A stretch of DNA of 64,000 bases from Auanema rhodensis (taxonomy: Eukaryota > Animalia > Nematoda). A program made the translations under genes and the position numbers. The stretch lies in NCBI GenBank assembly GCA_964057225.1, contig OZ059896.1:10664001-10728000 (forward strand), written 5' to 3'. Below are positions 24,635 to 39,019 of the stretch, one piece after another. The stretch's first letter is position 1. Each line of letters starts with the position of its first letter. Below the pieces are notes generated by a model. The model made no database searches, was not told where the DNA came from, and was given only the letters and a program-made list of their open reading frames with translations.

Positions 24635-27000
24635 ATATTGAGAGAGATAAAGAGATCATTATTATAATTTGTAAATTAACTTTGTTTGGTTTAATATGTC
24701 AAGCATGTATCAACATGAAAGTTCTAACTTACACTTCTTATTGCCTTACTATTCTGCTAAAGCATAACGTCTCGGCTTATTATAATATAATTTTTTTTAA
24801 TAATATAATATTTAAGATGAACTAACTAAACTTTTCTTATTTCATTTTTAAATTCATTTAAATCTTTCATTGTCCTTATTTTTAGCAACAAAAAAAAATT
24901 TAAAAAATGAACATTTGTGGTTGTTAAAGCCTTCTAAACTTATTTTTATTTTGTGATCAATCTACTTATATTATATAATTCCAAAAGCTAAATAGAAAAC
25001 AAATTATTGATGTTTCTTTCTCTTCTACGTCAATCCTTTTTCCTTCACTTAATGTTTGAAAATATTTGTCTTCTTTTTTTTTATTTCATTTTCATTATTG
25101 GACTAAGGTTTATTTCATTTTTCAGCTGAAAACTAATTAAGATATGCAATTTTTAAAAAAGGCATAATGTGCATCAGTTGCAAATAATTGTACTATGCTG
25201 AGAATCTTTGCAACTCAATGAAAAATCAATTGAAAACAAAAATATGTATGTCTAAGTATCTAATATTATATAAAATCAAATAGTATACAAAGAATTTTAA
25301 AGTTATTTCAAAGTTATTGATATGCTATTACATTTAACATAATATTTCATTAATATTTAATCTTCAATTCTAACATAAATGTCAAATTTTTAATAATTAA
25401 TATAAGAATAAAATCAAAATATATTATATTCGTAAGGATAAAATATTAAAAAATGTCTCTCATCAGGATGAGAATAGAACAAAAACAAAAGAAGTAACTT
25501 TTGCAACTTTTGCAAAGTAATCATCCTATATTTCTTGTAATATTTTCATATTTTTTCCCAAATTCTTGTAGGACTTCTGGAAACTGATAACAATTTTTAA
25601 AGAAAACTTGTAAAACTCGAGTAATAATTACTATAATTAAAAATTCTTCTCATATATATCCGAATTTATTTTTTTCTTTTGGTTCTTTACGAAAAGAACA
25701 TCATTCACCAAAATAAATAGAGAATATAATGCTGCTTTTCGAACTATTCGATGATTGTTGAGGTTTTGCAGAAAATCAACTTCATTCTCTGACAGTTTTT
25801 TCTGCAAAGTAGAAAAACCTAAGCATCTGTACGAATAATTTTATTTTCAATAGATTTGCTGTGTAAGTGCATGATCATGCTAGATTTGTAGAAATTCTTT
25901 CCTACTTTTCTTTTCAAAAATATGTTTTTTTCTTAATTTTTGATTATAATGGATAAGTATTTCATATACAGATGCATATTTAATATTTCTACCTTATATA
26001 CTATATAATATATGTAGATATTATCTATAAATTAATAAAAATGTTTTTTTGTTCAAAAAGAAAAAGTTATCTTTCTATTTTTATTATATTTATTATATCT
26101 TCAATATAGTTATGATTGTATTTATTTAAATCATATTTTTGTTACTAAATTATAATTATTATGATCATTACATACTATATTAAAACTTTGAGATGATGGA
26201 CGTTGCCTTTAAATAGACCAAATTATTTCATGAAACTGATCTATCATTTTCGTTTTTTTTTCAATAATCAAGCATTTTGGATATTAAATTTCATTTAATA
26301 GATACAAAAATCATTCAGAGATTTATTTTCTATGTGAAATGCATGACTCTTCTCTAAAATCTTCCTTTCAAAGATTTTTATCTCAAATCTCTTAAATTCC
26401 TCGGAATGAAGCTCTAAAGAGACGGGAAATGAAGTGAAATAAAAAAAAAGAATTTGAAAGAATAACAGAGATAATATGAAATATTTGCACAAAGATTGTG
26501 TATTTGAAAGAGAGGCTGGAAAAGTGAGAGGGAAAAGTCGACCTCGTATCACTGGACTAAGCATCAATTTTGCCCTTCTTGTAGAATATTGTTGACTTTC
26601 GGGAATTCCAGCACAGTAATGTGTATACTGTTAAGTAACAAACCAAACAAACAAAATAAAGAAATCGATATTTCTAAATGATAAGAATCCTTATTAATGC
26701 TTTGTTCACCTTTTAATGGCTATACATGTTTTCATATTGTTCTACCTTATTATATGGTATAATATAAATAAATAAATAAATAAACAGATGTACATACTAT
26801 ATATAGATAGAAAGAGATAGATGGATTTATTGTACTCTTTATTCAAAATTATGAATGCTAATTGATTTCCGAGCATTTTATTCATAAATAGTGCCTAGGT
26901 GTTTCACTGGACCACTGACCGGATATATCAATTTCTGAGATTGTTCTCCTCTATTATCCTCTCATATTTCCGATACGCACACCCCTTTAAGAAGTCAAAC

Positions 27001-27114
27001 ATGCTATCCGGTTCTCATAGCAAGCAACTTGAAGCATACTGGCCGTTCAACCCAATAGTCATTCCTCCATCTGAATTCTCGGTTCGATGTCAGCTAGCCT
27101 CACGTCGAAAACAG
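27001..27114 (+). CDS. Possible distal first exon (38 codons) of the gene at 33893
   Basis: MLSGSHSKQLEAYWPFNPIVIPPSEFSVRCQLASRRKQ ends at CAG|GTTGT, phase 0, compatible with the acceptor at 33892. Confidence 0.35.
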
Positions 27115-30100
27115 GTTGTCTCTGAAGATGAGTATCGCAATTCCTCTTCTGTTTTCTTGCAGTCATTTTTGCTCATGGTTACGTCAAAGAATCCCATTTA
27201 TCCTTTCTGTATTTTGTAAGCATTTGTTGTTCTTCTATTGAAAAAAAAAAACAAAATACACACAAAGGTCTTTTTAATCTTTTAGGCATCTTATGTTTTC
27301 TCCTAAAAATATAATAATAAAACTTTTGATTGAAAACAAAATAATCTTTTTTTTTTAAATTCTAATTAAGATTTTATATAAAATTAGCTTTTTCTTCTTT
27401 TTTTTTTTAAATCTAAAGTGATGTGATCATGATTAATCAAAACATTACATCAACACATACGTTCTGACAGAAAATATGCATTTTGCATAAAAATTGGAAC
27501 AAATTGATTTTATTGCAGATTTTTCTTCTTAAGTTGATATTTCTCGTTATGATTTCAATTTAAAATGCATATATTCATGCTCTCTATTACTGAGACAATT
27601 AATTTTGTTCAAAATTAAACAATAATTTTACTAATTATATTCATTTTAACTAATATAAAAACAAAATGTGCACATATATACATACATATATATATATATA
27701 TAATATTCTGGATTTAAAGTTTTATAATCTTTTCAATAGGATACACATATAAATACATATATCTATATATATATATATGTACATGTCAACATATACACAT
27801 GTTGTACATACATTCATGTGTGAAAAAAATGTATATTTGCAAGAATATTCATACATATACTACTAAGGTTTTCCTTGCTTTATCACTATACTTTAGCCTC
27901 AAAAATATAAATAGATTTCTATTTACTATAACTTATTATACATAAATAACTATTTAAGTTCTTTTATAAACTTTTTTTTATATTTTTTTCATTGTTTTAA
28001 AGTACAATTAAGAAAAAAATCGATCAAAGATACAATTTCTTTTATAATATTTGTGTTTGTATATTATTCTTTTCCGTTTTCTTATTCAGAATTGTAGTTC
28101 TATTTATTTTAAAAAATAGTATAATTAGGAATTTTAGTAGAATATTTATATGATCGCCGTATCATAACTATAAAAATCGGTATTAACGGCATTTTGCTTT
28201 AAATATTAAATGGATAAGCCCGATATTTTTCTCAACCTCATCCTCTTGAATGCTCTTGAGCAGCTTGAAAAGTCGGATGATGTTTGTTAACTTCTGGTCA
28301 TTCTGAAATGTGTATTTTGTTCAGTTAATTGGTTTTGTCTATTTTGCATTCAAACCTTTGATAAAACTAATTTCTTTTTTAAAATCTTGTATGATGTTCA
28401 CGTGAATGACATAAATTTTTCACATGATATACATATACATATATATTTATATTTATATGTATAATAACATATATTTATGTTGTAAAACATGTAACAATCT
28501 CTAAATCTAATTCTATTATTTATATTTTCAAAATTCATATCGAAATCAATTGACCTCAAAATTCAATATACATTTCACTTTATAATTCACTACTAATCCC
28601 TTATAAATCTTATTATATTTGAATAATAGTTTTATAAAGTTCCTTTTTTTATGCAATATTTTGTAGCTGATCATATTAGAAGGTTTCGGTTCTCATTCTC
28701 AAAATCATTGAATTGAATTCAAGATATAATACTAAGAAAATTTGAAATTGCTTCATTGATTCTTTTAATCTTACCTAGTTATTATCTTGTTAATAACATC
28801 TTCATACATGCTTATAATTTACATGGTTCGGTTATTCATTCATTATGAATTGAGATGATTTCGGAGTTAGAATGTCACAAAGATTTTATCTTTCATTATA
28901 TTCTTCAATCAAGAAAGTTATATCGAATTGTCATCTTATCTCTTTGAATATATTCAAAATTCCTCATATATAGAAAGATGAATATATTATAAAATTTATT
29001 CTCTGATGTACACACACACGTATTTTATCCTTTAATTTATATTATAATAATCATTATTAATCATAATATTTGCAAAAGTTTTAAAGCGTGTGAAATTTTT
29101 AAGCTTCAAAGCTAACTGGTTTTTGAAAATTTGATTGAGTTGTGCTTTGACTTTCACTGAACCTTTTAAATAAATTTCTTCATATATAATATATAATATA
29201 AATATATATAATATAATTAATATAATATTATGTTTTTCTGTAGACATATTTATGTATATGGATGGAAAATTGTGAATTGTAAAAGAAATGGAATCTCATA
29301 GAAACTTAATACGTTTTCCACTTTCGAACAGAATATGCCCTGTTTTGTTTCTTGTTGTTTTTTCTATTTTTTTCACCAATATCATTTATTTAGTATTATT
29401 TAACATATTACATAACAATTTGAACTTTTTAAAAATTCTAAGTGTTCAGTGAACATAACTATAATGCTTCTATGATTGAGAATAATAATATAGAAGACCA
29501 ATTTTCTCTTTTTTCCTGGTCTTTCTTTGTTAGTTCTCATCGATGCTTCTGGGCTTATCGTTGTTTGAATCTGTTTCATTGTATAATTCTTTCTTTCACT
29601 GTAGCATAATATGTTTAATTAATCACATAGGTAACCGGAACTTTTCTCTTTTCATTTTAAATTTGATTGAACTGGGAACACAAAGCTGTTTCAATTGAGG
29701 ATAAAGCTATCAAGTTTTTTCGTGATCTTCGAAACGCTAATCGGCTTTTCCTCTTTAAATCCTGGAAAAATTATCCTTATGTTATTGCTGGTCCTTATTA
29801 AATATTTTCTTCAGAACAAATATCATTAATACTAATAATGGACATAAGTTTCCTTTCAATATATGATCATTTGAAAAGGGAAATGTTTATTGTTCCACTG
29901 CAGTTTTCTTTTCAAAAACTACTTATGTATAAGTTAGATATATTATACATTTTGAAATGTTACTTGGTCAAAACATGCTTACAATCTAATAAAACTTATA
30001 CTATATGTAAAAGTTTTTTTTTTAAAAATTGCCTGTAATTGTCTGAATTCCAAGGTACTTGTCACAGAAAGAAAGTGAAAAACAGACAATACAAGTATGT

Positions 30101-33100
30101 AGCTTTTCCGGAAGCTTCTATAGTGCTGCATACTCGCATCCGAGCATTCCTAGAACAGGAAAAGAGATTGTTGAACTATAGCTATAATTATCTAAAAGAA
30201 GCTTTATTCTCTCTTTACATGATGATTACTAACATTTACTATTGAAATGTATCAACACGTTTATCTATATAACTTTGAAGATGCTGTCATCATACTTCTA
30301 TATCAGTGGCAAGCCAAACCAGAATTTCTTGAATTGGTTTGCGAGAACAGCCTTAAGACTTCCACACCATGTGTAATCAAACTTGTTTTCCAATCATCTG
30401 TTATTTCTACTTTTGTAAAAACTATGCAAAACATCTGCAACAGATTTTGTTTTTCGTCTTACTTCTTCGCTCAATGAGACTATTGAGAGTTTAAGTCTAT
30501 GTTTGATATCTCATTACCCAAATTAAACATTTCACAGTCATAGATGGTAAATTTTTCATATTAATTATATCTTCTTTGTTCATTTTCTATCAATTTATCT
30601 TTTCTTCGCTCAATTTTACAATGTTCTGACGGTTATTTGAACTTTCAACTTCTCAACTTATCTCAATACATGGGTGTGTCATATGAATGTTTGAAATACC
30701 GATCAAACATCTTTTCATTTTCTACTGAATTTCTAATGACCATAATTTTCTTTCCTCATTCACGTTCCCTGTGCACTTCTTTTCCTTGTCTCTCCTCAAT
30801 CCTTTGCCCTTTCTTGCAATATTCTTTCATTTTTCTTTCTCTCTCTCTCTCTCACTCTCTCTCTCTCTCTATATCTCATAACAGAGACATGGTTTGTCTT
30901 TTGGTCATTTTTTAACTACATCTTGGTCATGCATTTGTAATAACATTTCAACTCAATGTAGGTACCAAGTGTCCAAAAGATTTGTGTGCATGGACTAACA
31001 TCAAATATCAAGTAGACTAAAAAATTTTCTTTTTTTGCATATTGAGTTCTAAACGTCAGCAGTAAATCAACAGAAAAATGTTCTCCTGTTTCATTGTATG
31101 GAGTTTGTATAACATATTTTAATAATATTCTTATATATACGTAGATATATATATATATATATATATATTAGATTAAAATTTTTAAATAATATTAATTGAA
31201 TCGAAAAATAGAGAACAATATTTCTTTTCTTTTGTGCTTACTTCTAGAAATTAATACTCATATGTAATAGTTTTTTTTTATAAATATATGCAAAGTTTAT
31301 ATTTTGCAACTTAAATCTTTTCTTTTTATAGTTCAAATATTAAAATGGAAAAAATGTACCTTGTCATACAATTGTGGTCACATTAGTCTTTTCATTACAT
31401 GGTATAAGACGATCGAAGCCACGACTGATAATGTGAAGACATCGTAGTCATCGTGTTCGTTCCATCAACCCACCATTAAAATCGACTTAAGTGTAGATTG
31501 AAAAACTGGATCATTTCGTGGTCAGGTGGACTCGTTCTCTTCTTCAGCAACCCGTAACTTTTCTGATTTATAATACAAAATCTTTAACTAAATCCTGGTT
31601 ATTATCTTCAGCCATAATTCAATTGATATCGTAAAATATGCTACATATAATTTTGAAAATTGTGCATCAGGAAAACTAAATATGCCTATTGATACTGAAA
31701 AGGATGTACTTTGAAAAGTTTTTTTTAATCCAAATTATTCACAAACTCAACAATCCTTCATTATTTAATTTGTTTCTCCTACGTAACAACATAATGAAGT
31801 TCATTACTGAATCAGTTGGTCAATTGAGCATGATCTGAATGAGCTTCCCTTCCAAAAATTAGTAAATGTTGAATAGAAATTAGTGAATTAAACTTTTTTC
31901 TTTGCTCTGTTCACAAACATTCCTTTATAATGAAACATTCTTATACATGTATAACATGATATTCTGTTTATCCATCATTATACAACCTTTCTTTGAAACT
32001 TTAAATTCTAAGAATATGTATTGTTATACCTTAACTAATATAATTCTGAAATATAATTTTAGTTTTGAAATTAGTTATGTATATTATTTTTAGAAGTTCA
32101 CTCAGTGTTTTCATGGTAACACCTACGTCAGTGAATTAGTTTTGCAATTCGTGAAATATGTTTAGAAAAGATGAAACAGTGTTATAATAAAATTGGAGTA
32201 GTTACAATAAAAAAGAAAATCCTTTGTAATATTTTGTTTTTATAATAATACGTAAATATTATTATTATTTCTTTTAAATGCAAACATTTATAACTCTGTA
32301 CTGTTTTGATTCTATTTTATAGAATAACCACAGATTAACCCCTGCTTTACTACCTCGTTTTACAATATATACTGACCATTGAACTCACTATTCAAAATGT
32401 TCTTATAAAGTTACAGAATTACAGTCTCCTACTTTTCACTCTTTGTATGTTCATTCATACTTTTCTCTATACTTCTAACTTCTAAGTCGGCACTGAGAAC
32501 TGGTTCATTTAGACAGCTCTAAAAAGACAGCTCTAGGCACCGGATGCTGTCACTCCTCCAAGATCCTAAAGTCCTATGATCTTACTTTTTCAACTCTTTC
32601 ATGCGAATACATTTGATATTTTGTCTCCGTAACGAAGTCATATAACATATTTCAATATTAATTATCCTACTTGTTTGTTTTGTTTTGTTGGAAAAAAGTT
32701 ATTTGTGTTCTGTATAGTCAACAACTCCTCAAGTTTCAATCACAAACAATCACATATCTTTTACTTTAAGAGTTATTCTGCTACGTACTTGATAATTCTC
32801 TTTCGATCTCTGCATTCATTTGCTCAAACATCATTTTTCATATAGCAGCACAAACTCTTTCAATCTGACATGCATACGTCACAATCTCACGCCACACCCC
32901 TCTGTTAACATAGAATCTGATCATTTTTTGTATTCCTTCTTTCATAACAAAAAGTAAACAAATACTTATAAGAAAGCCTAGAAATATTCTGTCGAATAGT
33001 CTCATCAAACCCAGTTTTCTTTGTTATTTTATTTTTTAAGAATATTTTATTCTGAGGTATGTTTAGATTTATAATTAAAATTTGAAAACCAAATTTTTCT

Positions 33101-33892
33101 GGTAATGTAGCAAGAATATATTCGAGTTAATATTGCCTTTTTACATTTTTTCAGAAAGCTTGTTCATTAATTCTTGCGCCGTTGGGCAAACTCCTTAATA
33201 TTCCACAGATTATTTATATTTTTCTTTTAAAACTTAACAGAATTATAAACTATTTCAAGAAAAATGTAGATCAATAGTCTTTCTATTTTTTTAATTTATT
33301 AAAATATTTTTTATTAATGGCAATCTTTGCCTATTTTTAAAATACAAGAAAATAAGTGTTGTTGTCTTTTTGATTTTCAGCATTTACTAATGAATATAAA
33401 TTGTGTATTAAGGCATTCTAATTTAATTTATTGTCATTTTCATTCATATTATCCAATATATGCATGTTGTGTTCTTTTATATTATTTCAATTGTTATAAA
33501 GAGCTTAACCTTTCCAAACTGAGCATATGCAATTTAAAACTTTTGGTAATCTTGAATAGTTCTGATTACTTCAGGATGTAAATCGTTGACGTCAATTTCG
33601 ATAAAGCGACGATAAAACAACAGCATATTTAAAAGTCATTCGTAAAAGAGAAAGAAGCAAAACCTTACATGACGTCTTTATCAATAATTGAGTATATCGA
33701 ATCACATGTATTTTATCAAGAATTTTAGATTTAATTCTTATTCTATCATAAATCTAATGATTGCTAATATTATTATCATTATTCATCTTTTCTTATTAAT
33801 TTCTTAAATTTATGTTGTTGTACTTCTTTTGCTTATTTTCTACGAATAACAGCCTATGCATTATAAGAAAGCTATAAATAATTATTCTTCAG

Positions 33893-34328
33893 ATGTTACA
33901 CAAAAATTTGAAAACTCTCAAGAGATCCATCTCAGAGAAATTTTTAGGAAAACCAAATTCTAATAGCAAGTGGGTTTAATATCATGTTTTAATATTTATT
34001 AATTACATTTAAAAAGGTATCATTTCTAAGTTTAACTTTAGGCTTGCTGAACGTTCTGAAACACCAGCTGCATGTTCGAGAAACAGTTCTTCAAGTACAT
34101 CAACTGATGATATTGAAGAAGATCCATACAGAGTATGTTTTAGAAATTGATATTTTAATTCTTATTATTCTATTAAAAAAGCAATTAACTGCAAAAATGT
34201 TATGTTCCATGTTATAGCTTATGTTTGTTTTGCAGGAAATCCTCAGAAACTATCATGATAACGTATCACATCTCGTATTTCACGGATCATCATTAGTATC
34301 AATGAGCAGCATGCAGAAAATCAAATAA
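33893..34328 (+). CDS. Small uncharacterised Ser-rich protein (3 exons, ~87 aa from internal ATG)
   Basis: In-frame GT-AG splicing: MLHKNLKTLKRSISEKFLGKPNSNSK|LAERSETPAACSRNSSSSTSTDDIEEDPYR|EILRNYHDNVSHLVFHGSS…KIK*. Confidence 0.6.
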
Positions 34329-35120
34329 ACTATGAAGAGAACAGAAGACTTTTTATACGAGTTTAGATATATCAGTATGTTGTATAATTGTAGAAAGTAT
34401 AATACGGTGATTGCTTCTGGCAGCTTGTACAAAATGGTCGAATCGGCCTTTTACCTCAGATTCATTTTCTGATCCGGTTATTATTGAATAATACATAAAC
34501 TTTGTTTCATACGTAGCATATATGTATGTTGTATGACTTTTATTTGTGACGTGTTACACATCTGTGTATATTGATATTTCATCACCTCGGGTAATAAAAA
34601 ATTTTCTTCACCGTCTTGTTAATTTATGTCACATTGAGGAACTAGCAGGCAAAGCATACAATGATTTCATTTTTGAACAAAATTGGCCAAAATACTAGCG
34701 TGATCAATTCATTATACTTTTTTTTGCTTCAATAATTAACATTATTATTGACCATTGATTACTATGCTAAAATGATAACATAAATATAAAAAAAAACTTT
34801 TTCCAACAGTAACTTATCATGAATAAACACATAATGAACTCAAAATATTGAATAAATGCTTTACCTTTCTCAAGGAAGCAAAGAATAAAAAAGAAATCAG
34901 CAGATATGGTTACAACCGTCTAATTAGCATACTCTGGTTTCAATAAATTCACGCGAAAAACGTGAACATCATTTTCCTTCTTAAAGGTAAAATAATACGC
35001 ATATAAAAAATAGTACAATATCTCTAATTAAATTCATGTATATATATATAAATATATAGACTAATATAATATAAGGAAAATATTATTATATAATTATATA
35101 CATATATAGAATTATCCATT

Positions 35121-36616
35121 ATGAACGAAGACCTAAAGAATTCATTATCGGTACCAATGATTTATTTTTAATTTGTTCTTTGTTTTTCAGTTAGGAATGA
35201 TCGTAGAGCATCATATACAAGGAAAATTCAAATTATTACGACATATATACAAAGGCCCATTTTCTGATGTGTTTGCAGTTTCGGCTTTAAATCTTAATCG
35301 TAGGGAATATGCGATGAAAACGGAACAAATGGATGGAAACATACGGTGATTCATTTCATACTTTTCCAATGTCTACAAAAAAATAATTGTTTACCATCAA
35401 CATATTTAAACAAAAAAAGAGCAGTTCAGGCCTGTGTTAAAGCTAGATGTTCTGGTACTTATGTCCTTGAAAGGTGTTGTAGGTTTTCCAAACTTTATTG
35501 CTTCAGGACAAACAACATCTTTGAGGTTAATTCTGTGAAATCAAACCAGTACTCTATATTAATATATTTTAGATATTGTATAATGCAATTAATTGGACCA
35601 GATTTAGGCAAGCTCAGACGTACATTAAAAGAGAAAAAGTGTTCAACAGAAAACTCTTGAGTTCTCATGTTTTTCGTAGCTTGCAGATTTTCACCAACTA
35701 CAGCTTTGAAGGTACTACAGCAAACACTCTTTAGAATCGAAGTATTGCATGATGCTGGATGGTTATCCAGGTAATTTTCTATATAAATTGGTGTAGTTTT
35801 TGGACAATACAGAGACGTCAAAGCTCCCAACTTTGCTATTGGCCTTGGTGACGAATCTAATGTTATTTATATGTTGGATTTTGGTTTTGCCCGAAAATTT
35901 GTGTTAGTTAAAACCTCGTAGTGTTTATGAGTCGCTATACCCATTTTGATATAGTACAGAAAAAGGAGAAGTCATACCCCCAAGGACATCTGCAGCTTTA
36001 ATGGGAACATTTCAATATACTTCCTTGGCTAGCCATGCTTATAAAGATCAGGGCAGGAAAGATGATCTTGAGAGTTGGTTTTACATGGCAATGGAACTTC
36101 TGAAAGGTTTAACGGTTTTAATAGTCAGTAATCATCCATAATTATGATTTTGAGGCCCATTGCCCTGGAGTAAATTAGATGGACATAAGGATCATCAATT
36201 AATCGGGAATTGGAAGCAACAAATCAGAGTAGAGAGAAAAACTGAATTTTTCGCCGATGTGCCGGTAGAATTTATTCAGATTATGGAAATTATTGATAAA
36301 ATGTCGTATGTTCCAAATCTTATTTTTTATTACTTTACGTGTTGCATGTAGATTTTATGACCGTCCAAATTATGAGCAAATCAAATGCTTATTAATTCAA
36401 GCTTCAGAAAAAATGAAAATATCCCTTGATGATCCTTTTGACTGGGAGGTATTTTTCAAACTTCAATAAAAACTGATTAATACAATTCAGGGAAATGAAC
36501 ATATGATAAAAAAAGCAGGGTTTGTAAGAGAACTAGGAGAATCACATATGGCATCGCTTTTAATGCATGAAGAAATCGAATTAGACACAACTCCTGTAGA
36601 TATTGACACCACTTAA
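35121..36616 (+). CDS. Tau-tubulin kinase-like / CK1-family Ser/Thr kinase, multi-exon
   Basis: EYAMKTE, MQLIGPDL, GWLSRDVKAPNFAIG, LDFGFARKF, MGTFQYTS, RKDDLESWFY, GPLPW, DPFDWE. Confidence 0.92.
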
Positions 36617-36880
36617 GTTGTGTTTATTGTAATGGAAAACTGTTTTTGGATAAAATTCAATAAATTAACAAAATATTGATAAAATTCTCAACAATTTAAA
36701 ACATGATTTGTATTTATGTGATTTTTCAGAGTATTTTTCTATGAACCTTGTTTTAACTGCTATTTAAAATCAACGAACTAGCCAAATGACGGTCTTTGTA
36801 TTAACCATACATAGCGCGAAAATAAAAAATTTAAATATGCTCATTTGCATTTTATATTTGACCGAATCATTTGATTCAAA

Positions 36881-38880
36881 ATGACTAGTACAGCAAGTAT
36901 ATTAGAAAATCCAATTATAATAAATCAAAAAGTGTTAGTTACTGTTTTGGAGCCGAAAACAGATGATCCTGCGAGGTACTGCTTCTACTTCTATCTTTGG
37001 TAATATATTTTTTAACTTAGCGCCGTTCCTGTTTCCCGAGAACTTTACTTAAAAATAGAAGAGAGAAAATTAGACAATAATGAGAAGGTACGACATTTAG
37101 TTTTGCAAAATTGAACTATTACATTTATTTAGGAGTTTCGTATAGAAATAAGCCATGCTGATGATTTTTTGTTTCTTTATGGTGATGGAATAACAAGACA
37201 GAAATACCAGGTGTCATGATAGAATTTTTAGATAAAATATTTATTATATAGTCACTAGCGGAGAGATGGAATGTCGAAAGCGATTTCGAAGATTTTTTCA
37301 AAGTATTACTTAGTAAAATAATTAAAGAAGCTGATGCTAGTCAATCGACTCAACTTAAATGTGTCGTCTCGATAGATAGGACCTATTGCACGTTCGTTTT
37401 TATTTAGAAATTTTTATTTTCGAATTAAATTTTAGGTTTGAGTTTTCAAAAAAACAAGACTTTTATATAGCTAGAATGCCAATGGAATTATCATTGGTTA
37501 CAGGAGAATCATTGTTACAGCATTTAATGAATACAATACGGAATTTGAGAGTTCGGGATAAGCTATAATATGTTAATTAATCATTTGTTTTTTCAGCGTA
37601 ATATAAGTTCTCTTACTTCATACAAAGCTAACTACAAAGAACTCCGTGAAACCAAAATCGAATTATCTGGGACTATCGAAGAGCAAAAAACGGAGATCTC
37701 GTTTCTAAAAAATGAAGTTAGTCTTTGTATTTTTATGCGTTTATACTTCTGTAATAGATAAAACACTTACGTGAAGAAAATGATGAATTAGAAAGAAAAA
37801 AAATGGAAGCTGAGAATGACTGTCAAATTGCTAGTGCTGAAATGGAAACTCTAAGAGATACGAACGAGGACTTGTTGTCTCAACTAGATGAACTTGAATT
37901 GGAAAAAAATAAACTTAATGAAGAGGTTTCCAATATATTTGGATCAAGCATTTAGCTTCTCCTTCAGGTTGAAGATTGCTTACGGGAAAGAGATTGCTGG
38001 GATCGGGAACGAAACGCTCTGGAAGAAGATTTGCGAGAAACAACTGAAGAAGTGGGGCTTAATAATTTTATTTTCTAATTTATGTCACTGTAGAAAGTCG
38101 AGTTGGAAACAATTATAGATGATCTAAAAGATCAATTAAGGAAATCTGATCATATCTTACAAAAATATTTGAAGGTATAATATATTATATTATATCTTTA
38201 TCGAGCGTTTATATAAAATGGCGTTTTTAACATTTAGCCCGAAGCTGTTAGTATGGATGCCAGTAAATTAGATGAATTATCTAAAGAAATCAAAGAAAAG
38301 GATGTTATAATTCAAGAGTTAACTGGTAAGTGTCATATTTATTATTATGACAATTTTGTTTTTTATCAGGATTACTAGCTAAAACTAAGGATCAATTACA
38401 AAAAACTGCCGTTGATTTAGAAACAACAAAATCAGAGCTGGTAAAATCTAACAATTCTTTAAATACTTTGCAGAATAGTATGTTTGCCTCGTATATCAAT
38501 TTTATTCTAAGTTTTAGTGTTAGTTTATCGAAATACTTTTGCAAACCAAAGTCCATTAATGCCAAGAAATACACTGTCCAATTTATCCGCCACTCCCAAC
38601 GTTGTGGCCAACAGAGCTAACATAATTCCCAATTTATCTCCTATGATTGCTGTAAGTTTGATTTGAAGATTCTGAATTTTTTAAAATATTTAGCAAACTG
38701 CTGGTTGTCTACCCAGAGTTCCCGATACTCCTCTTCATAGTCGAAAAGTTCCCACTCCAACTTTTAATAAGTTACGATCTAGTTTAAATCGGGAAAAGTG
38801 ATTTTCTATTTATATTTTGCAAATGTAATTTATATCATAGGTCTGCTCCTCCGCCCACTTTCAATATCGGCAAAGATTGA
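36881..38880 (+). CDS. sas-6: Centriole cartwheel protein SAS-6, multi-exon
   Basis: Head domain EKEFRIEISHADDFLFLY…KYQSLA…DFEDFFKV…YCTFEF…VTGESLLQHL resembles C. elegans SAS-6, followed by a long coiled coil and Pro-rich tail. Confidence 0.85.
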
Positions 38881-39019
38881 CAAGTCGAAAGAATTATCAG
38901 TTGATGATCTATTTGTATGTAAACTTTTGTTATTGTTGTCTAGTCTTTAACCATTTTTCGCGATTATGCATGGAAAATATTTTCGTATGATATGAATTTA
39001 AATAGTTATTCATGTGCCT

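Noticed and set aside
31411-31462. Imperfect hairpin as a pre-miRNA
   Set aside because: Stem has several bulges and matches no miRNA I recognise
31549-31572. AACCCGTA miR-100/miR-51-family seed
   Set aside because: Flanks do not form a convincing precursor hairpin
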